Positions 24,660-35,700 of a stretch of DNA of 64,000 nt are shown piece after piece. The DNA is from Chiloscyllium plagiosum (taxonomy: Eukaryota). A model generated the notes under the pieces. The model ran no database searches. It was not told the origin of the DNA and saw only the letters and a list, made by a program, of their open reading frames with translations. The translations under genes and the position numbers were made by a program. The stretch is taken from the NCBI RefSeq assembly GCF_004010195.1, contig NC_057718.1, positions 66,473,351-66,537,350 on the forward strand, written 5' to 3'. The stretch's first letter is position 1; every line of letters begins with the position of its first letter.

Positions 24660-25992
24660 CATGGACTTCAGTAAGGCATTCAACAAGGTTCCCATGGGAG
24701 ACTGGTTAGCAAGGTTAGATCTCATGGAATACAGGGAGAACTAGCCATTTGGTTACAGAACTGGCTCAAAGGTAGAAGACAGAGGGTGGTGGTGGAGGGT
24801 AGTTTTTCAGACTGGAGGCCTGTGACCAGTGGAGTGCCACAAGGATCAGTCCTGGGTCCACTACTTTTCATCATTTACATAAATGATTTGGATGTGAGCA
24901 TAAGAGGTATAGTTAGTAATTTTGCAGATGATACCAAAATTGGAGGTGTAGTGGACAGCGAAGAAGGTTACCTCAGATTACAACAGGTGTCTTGATCAGA
25001 TGGGCCAGTGGGCTGAGAAGTGGCAGATAGAGATAACTCAAGTAAATGCAAGGCGCTGCATTTTGGGAAAGCAAATCTTAGCAGGACTTATACAATTAAT
25101 GGTAAGGTCCTCGGGAGTGTTGCTGAATGGAGACCTTGGAGTGCAGGTTCAAAGCTCCTTGAAGGTGGAGTCACAGGTAGATAGGATAGTGAAATACCAA
25201 GGTTTTTTAGAAAGCATGTGAAATAATCCAAGCTCGGAGGCAATTGTGAATGTAATAACAATTTTGTTAAAATAATATGCTTCAAACTTGTTCAAATGAG
25301 GGCTGGATACATTTGGAAGCTGACATTAAAACTGCACAGTTGCTAAATTGTACATTTGGCATGGATGATGATTGGAGACCTATGACCTTTATTGGTCAGA
25401 TTATTGAGTACAGGAGTTGAGAGGTCATGTTGCGGCTGTACAGGACATTGGTTCGGCCACTGTTGGAATATTGTATGCTGTTCTGGTCTCCTTCCTATCG
25501 GAAAGATGTTGTGAAACTTGAAAGAATTCAAAAAAGATTTACAAGGATGTTGCCAAGATGAGAGGATTTGAGCTATTTAAGCTGTTTTCCCTGGAGCATC
25601 GGAGGCTGAGGGGTGACCTTATAAAGGTTTACAAAATTATGAGGGGCATGGATAGGATAAATAGGCAAAGTCTTTTCCCTGTCATGGGAGAGTCCAGAAC
25701 TAGAGGGTATAGGTTTAGGGTGAGAGGGAAAAGATATAAAAGAGACTTAAGGGGCAACTTTTTCACACAGGGTGGTACGTGTATGGAATGAGTTGCCAGA
25801 GGAAGTGGTGGAGGCTAGTACAATTGCAACATTTAAAAGGCACCTGGATGGGTATATGAGTAGGAAGGGTTTGGAGGGATATGGGCCGGGTGCTGGCAGG
25901 TGGGACTAGATTGGGTTGGGATATCTGGTCGGCATGGATGGGTTGGACCGAAGGGTCTGCTCCCGTGCTGTACATCTCTATGATTCTATGAC
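24660..25992 (+). mobile_element. CR1 (HER1-like) LINE 3' part (RT) with foreign insert at 25196-25386
   Basis: SDWRPVTSGVPQGSVLGPLLFIIYINDL...FADDTK. Closely similar to 16110-16953, with tail ctctatgattctatgact. Confidence 0.92.
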
Positions 25993-26499
25993 TATCCTCT
26001 TGACGAGGTAGTGAGTTGGTGTTTATATACCTCTGGATCTTGTTCTTATTTCATTCATGTGCTAAATTTGGGTTGAATTGAAAACCAGTTGTCACTGAAA
26101 GGTTAAACTGGCATGGGGGTAGGGTTCAAACACTTTGACTGTTTCTGTTAAACACCTCAACAAGGTTCCCATGGGATTTTCTTCTACATGTTGACATTCT
26201 ACTAAATAGCTGAAGGAATTAATCTATAAATATATTTGCATGAATACTGCTACTTCCATGGTGCATTGCTCATGAAAGAGTTATTCATTTCTATGCTTAA
26301 ATATTTATGTGCTGACAGCTTGCTAATTGTGGCTTGTCCATTTTTAGTCATGTTCCACAATTTCAGGGAGGATGAATTGGTTTGCAGAAAGAGAATGCTG
26401 GTTATATTTTTTTTTTTCGCTTTCTGTACTCTGATCAACTGTAACAGCTGTTATGGTACTCCATCTCAAACCTTGTGCAGGTCACAATCAAACAAGGAG

Positions 26500-27640
26500 G
26501 CACTCATGGCTCTGAAACTTAATCCCTCTACCAATAAACACTAACACACCATATGCCGCCTTAACAACCCTATCAACCTGAGTGGCAACTTTCAGGGATC
26601 TATGCACATGGACACGGAGATTTCTCTGCTCATCTACACTACCAAGAGTCTTACAAATAGCCCAGTACTCTGTATTCCTGTTATTCCTTCCAAAATGAAT
26701 CGCCTCACACTCTTCCACATTAAGCTTCATTTTGCACCTCTCAGCCGAGCTCTGCAGCTTATCTATGTCCCCCTGTAGCCTGCAACATCTTTCCATACTG
26801 GCCGCAACTTCACTGACCTTAATGTCATCCACAAATTTACTAACCCATCCTTTTACGCCCTCATCTAGGTCATTTATAAAAATGACAAGCCGCAGTGGCC
26901 CCAAAACAGAGCCTTGCAGTACACCACTAGTAACTGAACTCCAGGATGAACATTTCCCATGAACCACCACCCTCTGTCGTCTTTCATCTCGCCAATTTCT
27001 GATCCAAACTGCTCAATCACCCTCAATCCTACGCCTCTATATTTTTTGCAATAGCCTACCATGGGGAACCTTATCAAATGCTTTACTAAAATCCATATAC
27101 ACCACATCATCTGCTTTACCCTCATTCATCTGTTTGACCACCTTCTCAAAGAACTCAGTAAGGTTTGTGAGGCATGACCTACCCATCACAAAACTCTGTT
27201 GACTATCCCTAATCAAATTACTCCTGTCTAGATGGTTATAAATCCAAACTGTTATAAACTTTTCCAGCACTTTACCCACAACCGAAGTAAGGCTCACTGG
27301 TCTAGGATTGTCTCTAATCCCTTTCTTGAGCAACAGGATATTTGCTATCCTCCAGGCTTCTGCCACTATTCCTGTAGACAATGATGACATAAAACTCAAA
27401 GTCAAAGATTCTGCAATATCCTCCCTAGTTTCCCAGAGAATGCTAGGATAAATCCCATCTGGTTCAGGGGATTTATCTATTTTCACACTTGCCAGAATTG
27501 CTAACACTTCCTCCTTTTGAATCTCAATCCCGTCTAGTCTAATGGTCCTTTTTCTTATCTCAGACTCCACGTACAACTTCCCACTCCTATCTTTGACTGG
27601 AGCCTAATCTTATTCTAGTCATTCTTTTATTCCTGACTGA
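26500..27640 (-). mobile_element. CR1 LINE ORF2 fragment (RT)
   Basis: Peptides KSPEPDGIYP, RPVSLTSVVGKVLE, YMDFSKAFDKVPH and SGVLQGSVLGP. Confidence 0.92.
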
Positions 27641-30414
27641 TTTGTAATATGTGCATAGCCATCAAAGGGGATAATGTTCAATTTCATTCACTTGTTAGAT
27701 GTTCACAAGTAGCATTTGGTAGAATATTCAGTTGAATATTTTGTGTTTCTACCTGTAATGAAAACATTCTCTCTCAATCTAAATTTTCGTACCGTTACTA
27801 TTGGCAGGCGTCATACTTTGGCAAGTAAGGTAACGGTAGTAATGAGTTGCGAGGTTGTTTTCACTCGGAGACCTAGGGTTGAATTTTCCCAAATATCAGC
27901 TAATTGTCAATTTTCCCTGTTAATACCCTGTCTGAAGTAGTGCTACTCTTTTCCAGTTGAGTATGGGAGCATCACATGTTGATTATAATTAAGCAATAGG
28001 AGAAGAGAGGAAACAACAAACAAAATGCTGCAGTTGCTTTTGGGACAAAGCAGGGGCTGTTTTCCTTTCAAATAACAGCAACTTAGGGTCAATGAATGGC
28101 GACTTCACCTAATTCCAAACATTTTGATGTAGGTGTAAATTAAGTCCTGGCTTGTTGCACTAGTTTATCACAATGTAAGTTGATATTCCACCTGCTCTAT
28201 GGCCTATTCTTCCTCCTTGGAAGATGGTTGCTGCTTTCTCAGCTCTTCGATGTCTATCACACCCTCTACTTTGTGCTCCAGTTGCGCAGAGCACAGAATG
28301 AAAAGGATTAGGTCATGCAGTCTGTCTGGAGTGTACTGTCAGCCCCCAGTCTGATCCAGGCAACTGAATCTCATCTTCAGGAGGCTTATCATTTGCTCAA
28401 ATATGGCCCTCGCCAAAGAATGGGCTGCATTGTATTTGTTCTCTGCCTCAGTGGCGAGTTATGTAATGGAGATGTTGGGGTAGCCCTCATCTCCATTCTT
28501 GTAAAGCATTTAGCCCTTGAAATGCAGCAGGCATCTTAGAGTTATCTATGATGTGCGGCATCATTCAAACTTCTAGGGTACCTGGCATAGATTTCAAAGA
28601 TGCAGTACTAGTGATCATAGATGACTGTTGATCAAAAGGAACCTCTTTTTCTGTTGATGAAGTCAACTACTTTTGAAATGGGCTGTCAATACAATGCAAA
28701 TACAGTCCACAGAGCTCTGCAGCTGATGGAAACCAGCTATATTGACAAAGTCTACTGCCCATGCTGCAACATTGACCTTGAAAGGGGGAGAATGAAATGA
28801 AATAGTGTGATCTTGCACAAATTACATTGTTAACAGCCTTTGACATATTTGTTGAGGATTGAGAAATTCCACACAAGTTCCCAATGGGTATTTGAAGGCA
28901 GCCCATTGCATGAAAGTTTAGCACAGCTGTCATTTCGATGGCCACTGCGATGGAAATGTGAGAAATAAGAGCCAGAATAGATCTTTTGGCCCCTCTGATC
29001 TGGCCTGTCATTCAACAAGGTCACACTGATCTGTCCCAGGTCTCCACTTCTCTTTTATGCAAACTCATGGTAACCCTCAATTTCCCATTATTACAGCACT
29101 CTATCCACCTCCTGTTTTCAATACTTATAATCAAAAAGTATCCCCAGTTCTCTGAGGCTGAGGGCTGCAGACATTCACTACCTTCTGTGAGAACAAAATT
29201 CTTTGCCCCTTAGTTTTAACGAGCATGACCACCTTCATTTGAAAGTCCTGCTCCAGTGGATAACACAGTTCTGTGATGGCATCAAATAAGATAGACTCTT
29301 AACCACTTGTATCGCCTACACATCCTTAGGGACTTTTCTTCTGCAACTTATACATGTGGAAGCTGATCGGCATTTGCTGGAAGTTGCTTTTGGCCTTTGG
29401 TATGTTGATGCATTTGCTCCTCCCCAGTTTCACTGCTCATTCATTGTATAGCAGGCACAATGACAATAAACCTTGCTTTGGTTGGTTCCATTGTTCACTG
29501 TTCCAGTGAATCCACGTGGGGAATATCAAAAACAAACAGGTCTTCAGTAATGTGAATAGTCAACATTTACATCATACAAAGCTGATCAATTTTTGTTTGG
29601 ACTGTTTTATACTCCTAATTGGAAAAGTATGAGCTGACTTTATGGAGTCTGAAAGATGTGCGGAATGGCATTATGGTTGGGAAACTATTGCAAGATTGAA
29701 GAAATGAGATTCTTGATGTCAGCAATAAAACAATCAATTTCTTACTTAAGATTTCAGCCACGAGATGAGAATCTTGTGAGAGGCAAGAGGCATATTTGCA
29801 TGCATTAATATGTCATTATTAGCTAGTCTCACCTCATTTACTTGCAATTTCTATTTTCCCAGATAAAATAATGAAGCTAGATGGTATCAATTCTCAACTC
29901 AAGTCAGGACTGTAGCTTGGCAGGTGCAGCTTGTGGCTTCTTGTCTGGGCGTCCATCTTGGCTAACATTCCCCAACATTTAAGGGCACAATTCAGGGGCA
30001 GTGACTGCCAATACCTTTTTAATGGAGGTTGGCATTAGCCCTAGCACATCATAGCACATCTTGGACACACTTTTATAATATGTTTCAGTAGTTCAGTACT
30101 CCATTTTGGAGCTCACTGACAGCTTGCACTGTAATGGTGCTGCAGGCCACACACAGAAAGGCACCTATCTCATACATTAGAACAGGGTGCATTTTGGGCT
30201 TTTCCTTGCTTTCTTAGCCCTTTTTGCATGCTTCGATGATCACAGCATCTCTATCTTGCCTTGTCTTTTAGAACAGACAGAAATTGAGCGAGTTTGTCAT
30301 ATTTCCCTACAATGAACATTCAAAGGGTGGACAAGTTACTGTAGGGCACCATGCTGTATCAATGTCACACTGAAAACATGTGGTAGCTGCTTATGTGGCA
30401 AGCAGCCTTTTTTA

Positions 30415-30885
30415 ATTTATTCATTTTTGTGGGATGCGGGCATTGCTGACTGGCCAGCATTTATTGCCTCTATCTCGTTCCCTTTGAGAAGGTGGTGGTG
30501 AGTTGCCGCCTTGAACTGCTGCAGTCCACCTGCTGTGGTTTGATCCACAATGCCATTAGGGAGACCATTCTAGGATTTTGATCCAGTGCCATCCAAGGCA
30601 GGATGGAGTGTGGCTTGGAAGGGAACTTGAAGGTGGTGGTGCTCCTATATGTGTGTTGTCCTTGTCCTTCCGGATGGAAATGGTCCTGGGCTTGGAAGGT
30701 GCTGTCTGAGAATCTTTGAATTCCTGCAGTGCATCTTCTAAGTAGTACACAGTGCTGCTACTGAGTGGATGCTTGTGGATGTCGTGCCAATCAAGTGGGC
30801 TGCTTTGTCCTGGATGGTGTCAAGCTTCCTGAGTGTTGTTGGGGCTGCTCATCCAGGCAAGTAGGGCGTATTCCATCACACTCAA
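30415..30885 (-). mobile_element. CR1/L2-superclade LINE 3' end
   Basis: Reverse complement of the family at 43400-44140. Confidence 0.75.
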
Positions 30886-33812
30886 TGGTTGCTCAGCTAA
30901 ACTTTTAAACTGGATGCTTTAAAATGGTAAGGTGAAGGATATACTTTGAGAGATTAACTGTGTAATTTATCTTTCAGAAAAGACATTGAATTCAGGCGTC
31001 ATCTGTCATCTTGAAGCCAAAGTTCCCATTAGACTTTTTTTGAAAAACGTTTCTTGTAAATTGTCTTGTTTCCTGTGGAGGCTTTTTATGTACTAATTTA
31101 CTGCTTTATTTGACTATAGTTTACAGCAATGGTTTCATTTTGAAAGTATTTACTTATTGATTAACTGCTTTGGGATATTCTGAGTTAGTGAAAACCATAA
31201 AATGCATAACGCTGAATGAATTACCATAGCACCACCACCAAAACATCATCCGATGAGGTTTGAAGTCTAATATCTGTGGCTGTCTGGACCTCACAGTTTG
31301 TCCTGGGGCAATATTTATAACTAATGCTCAGTGCAATTCTTGGAGACCTTATTTTTTTTTTGGATCCTTCTGACTGTTTCACACATCTGGTACCTTTATT
31401 ATTTTGCTTCTTGGAGTTGGAAAATCTATTCTTGGCCTTTTCCTAATTTTACCTTCCTAATAATGCCTTTGTCTTGGAATTCACATCTTTCCTCAAAGCA
31501 TAACTTATCATATTTACTAAGGACTTAATTTTGTGTGATCTTTTCCCAAAAATAATCTGAAGAAAATTATTGGCTGTATGTTGTGTTCCTGAAGCCCCAT
31601 GCAATTTGACATTTTTTTTCTGCCCGTATTAAGTGAAAATCTAGTTATACTGGGTATTGATTTTAAATGCTGTAGAGATTTGTGTATTCTGTTTCTCTTG
31701 GGTGCAGATACTGGCAATAATAATGAAAAGAAAATATAGCAACTCAGGAATGTAACTCCTAGAATTTCATAGAAATTTGTTGTTTTTGTTGTCCAAGATG
31801 CAGAACACGATTGTTCAACTATGGTATAACTTGCTAACGAAGACTGCCATGCCTTCATAATGTAATTGAAGTCGAGTGCTTCTTTCTTTTGATGTTTTTA
31901 ACTTTCCAGATTTGATAAAAGGAAGTGTACTTACAGCAAAGTTTACAGTAAGTTCACTGAAAAGGGAACTTCTTGCGTGAATTTTCATTTTCTTTTCATT
32001 CCTTTTAGAATAGGTATTCACTGTTCAGGCCTTGTTGCTTTGATTTTTTTTGTCATTATCAACTAAGTCTTTCTTGGTTGTGTTGTTGGCAGCGGGCATT
32101 TAACTTTCTCTGTAGATCATGAAGTTGGTATCCCATCCTCTACCACATTACTAGTTTCATTTAAACCTTTGCTATTCTTCCTTTTCAAAGAGTTACACTC
32201 TGTGGAGGATTTCAATTATGTACCATTAGATTATTTTTCCTTTGCTGTCAGGCCATTCTTCGAGTTGAAATTTCAACTAGATCTTTGAATCAGGGCCTTG
32301 GATGTTATGTTACAGCTCATTTTCTCTGAAATGAGCCATGAGTTAAATCAACCACACCAAACTTAAATTATTCTCATCTACCGGGCTGGTTCCCCACAAA
32401 GTTTAAAAAAAAAACTGTCATCTTTGTTCAAGGCAGTGCAGAGATGTATGGGAGTGGATGCTGTGATAAATATTTAATTAAAAATGGAGGAAAGTAAGTA
32501 TATCCTTCAGTAAATTTCAGGAAAAATATCCTCAGACCACAAGTTTAAGTGGTGTATCAAAAAGACAGCTTTTCCTCATGGAAATATACTGTACCAGTAT
32601 TCAGTTTTCTTGATAACACCAAATTGTAGTCATACTGTCATTGAGTGTTAAATACAGACAATTTTCTGCTGTGCATTTAAACCTTTGGGGACTAGTTGTG
32701 AGTACTAATCTCAACCATGCTTTTCAATTAGTTGCATGTCTGATGGGAGGAAGGAATAAATTACACACATTAAGTTTAGTAATCTATATCAGTAGACTTC
32801 ATCGTGGCTGATAAATCAAAATTTGCCACTCTTGCAGGAACATTCCTCACTTCTCTAAGCAATGTTAGGAAAGGATGCACTGGCACGTCTTTGAACCCCT
32901 GTGTGGGTTGGTGAACAGATGGCATATAACTATCAAAACTTACAAACTTCGATGGCAAGTTCTGCCATTTCATGCAGCTGTGACCAGCCAGCCATTTGGA
33001 GTACCGTATTGAATTTAGAAGAAAATTACAACCTCCGAGTGACTAGAATTGGAAGATAAATCTAATATGTGATTGTTAGATCAGCAACCCTCCAGAGACT
33101 GACAGCAAATCAGTACTGATCAAATTTCTTGTCATGAGGCTTATTAACTTCAGCCAGCTTCCCTCTGATTTCCTGCCCCTTAACAAATACTAGCATCTCT
33201 TAAAAGTAGTGAGCAATGCAAGCCATGGCAAAAAGTATAATTAAATTTCTAAAACCTTTAGATCACAGCGTGTGCATGTACCAAGCAAAATTTAAGTGAT
33301 TTACTTAATTCTAGATTGAACTTCCACAAGCTCAGTTAAGGTAGGCACAGAAGTTGAAACCTATTTGCATATTCCTGTTCCCAGTCATGTCTGTGGCAGC
33401 TGTCATTTCAGATTTGTTTCTTTATTAACTATGTAACAGCATGGTAGGAGGATGTACACAGAACAGTTTCTAGAAGCTCACTGAAAGAATCATGACTTTC
33501 ATATGTAATATGGCTTGTATTTTGATCCTCTTACACAACAATGAATATGTACATATGGGGTGCATCATAGAATCTGAGAAATTCTGGTATGAAAAAGTCA
33601 TTTATTTTTCAATTTTATCTTTATATGTTTTGAAGTACAATTGAAGTTCAGTTAATCACATCTACAATAATATTCTGTATGCTGATGACCTTTGCTACAT
33701 TGAACTGGATTAGGGTAAACTTGTCAGCTTCTATGAGGCAGGTTGCTAATATTTAAATTTGGGTTTCAAGTCTCTGATTTGGTTCAAAAATTTGGATTTA
33801 ATGCCTCTAGTC

Positions 33813-33880
33813 TGGGTTCCCAAGGGTTTGGACAACTCCTGGTCTTAAACTGTTGAGTTGTCCAAACCCTTGAAAACCCA
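33813..33880. repeat. Inverted repeat / hairpin (18-bp perfect arms, 16-nt loop)
   Basis: caagggtttggacaactc (33821-33838) pairs with gagttgtccaaacccttg (33855-33872). Outer tgggtt/aaccca extends the stem. Confidence 0.85.
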
Positions 33881-34029
33881 ACCTAAACTTCCAGTTTAAG
33901 ACTAGAAGATGCAAGGTCCAGCAGCAGGAAGATTTTCCAACATTATTGCCCAGCAGGAGTGTTTCCCTCCTTTCTATCAATTGGATTCTCTCCTCTCCTG
34001 CCCTCTCCTCTCTCTCCCCCTCCTCCCGC

Positions 34030-34876
34030 NNNNNNNNNNNNNNNNNNNNNNNNNNNNNNNNNNNNNNNNNNNNNNNNNNNNNNNNNNNNNNNNNNNNNNN
34101 NNNNNNNNNNNNNNNNNNNNNNNNNNNNNNNNNNNNNNNNNNNNNNNNNNNNNNNNNNNNNNNNNNNNNNNNNNNNNNNNNNNNNNNNNNNNNNNNNNNN
34201 NNNNNNNNNNNNNNNNNNNNNNNNNNNNNNNNNNNNNNNNNNNNNNNNNNNNNNNNNNNNNNNNNNNNNNNNNNNNNNNNNNNNNNNNNNNNNNNNNNNN
34301 NNNNNNNNNNNNNNNNNNNNNNNNNNNNNNNNNNNNNNNNNNNNNNNNNNNNNNNNNNNNNNNNNNNNNNNNNNNNNNNNNNNNNNNNNNNNNNNNNNNN
34401 NNNNNNNNNNNNNNNNNNNNNNNNNNNNNNNNNNNNNNNNNNNNNNNNNNNNNNNNNNNNNNNNNNNNNNNNNNNNNNNNNNNNNNNNNNNNNNNNNNNN
34501 NNNNNNNNNNNNNNNNNNNNNNNNNNNNNNNNNNNNNNNNNNNNNNNNNNNNNNNNNNNNNNNNNNNNNNNNNNNNNNNNNNNNNNNNNNNNNNNNNNNN
34601 NNNNNNNNNNNNNNNNNNNNNNNNNNNNNNNNNNNNNNNNNNNNNNNNNNNNNNNNNNNNNNNNNNNNNNNNNNNNNNNNNNNNNNNNNNNNNNNNNNNN
34701 NNNNNNNNNNNNNNNNNNNNNNNNNNNNNNNNNNNNNNNNNNNNNNNNNNNNNNNNNNNNNNNNNNNNNNNNNNNNNNNNNNNNNNNNNNNNNNNNNNNN
34801 NNNNNNNNNNNNNNNNNNNNNNNNNNNNNNNNNNNNNNNNNNNNNNNNNNNNNNNNNNNNNNNNNNNNNNNNNNNN
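34030..34876. other. Assembly gap flanked by CT-rich low-complexity sequence (other gaps: 16559-16634, 46891-46905)
   Basis: Run of N. Confidence 0.99.
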
Positions 34877-34904
34877 CTCTCCTCTCTTTTCCCCCCCCCC
34901 ACTT

Positions 34905-35700
34905 TTGCCTTTTTGAATATGGGTGTGACGCTAATTGTTTTCCAATCCTCGGGTACTTTTATAGAATGTAGTGATTTTTTTTGGAAAATTACAATCAACA
35001 CATTCACTACCTCTAGCTACCTCTTTCAGGATTCTGAGCTGCAAACCATCAGGGTCAGGGGACTTAACTGTCTTTAGCTTCATTAGTTTATCTAATTCTA
35101 CTTCTTTCATTATGGTGCTTAATTCCTCCCTTGTATTCTTTAGTATAAATGGGATGTTCAAAATATCTTTCATCATACAAACTGATGCAAAATATCTGTT
35201 TAACTCTGCCATTTCCTTGTTCCCTAAAACTGTCTTCCCAGATTCATTTCTAAGGGGCCTGTGTTCACTTTGATCTCTCTCCCTTTTTATATATTTAAAG
35301 GATTATTGTCAGTTTTTACATTTCTTGCTATCTTGCCCTTGTTTATTTTCACTGTCTTTATTATCATTTTAGTTATCCTTTGCTAGATTTGGGGCTTTCA
35401 CTGACTTTGGCCTCTTCCCTTTTTCTTTCAGCTCAGTACTATTACTTTAGTTTATCCTCTTCTCAAATTCTTTCCTCCTTTACTGGACATATTTTTGCTG
35501 ACAGTCATGAACTATCTCCTTAAATGTCTGCCACTGTTTGCTTACTGTCATTCCTACTAGTCTATTTGCCCAAATTTCTCAGTCTCAAACTAAATATTTA
35601 ATTCATCATTTTATGATCATTATTCTAGGGGATCATTTACTCTGAGGTTATTTATTAAACCTATTCATTCGCCATTACCAAATCTGAGAGAGCTTTTGGA
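34905..35700 (-). mobile_element. Old CR1 LINE ORF2 fragment
   Basis: Peptides LNRYFASV, KSPDPDGLQLRILKE and VPEDWKTISVTPIFKK. Confidence 0.82.

Noticed and set aside
33909..35077. Long 335-372 aa ORFs in the ORF track
   Set aside because: They are artefacts of translating through the N gap.
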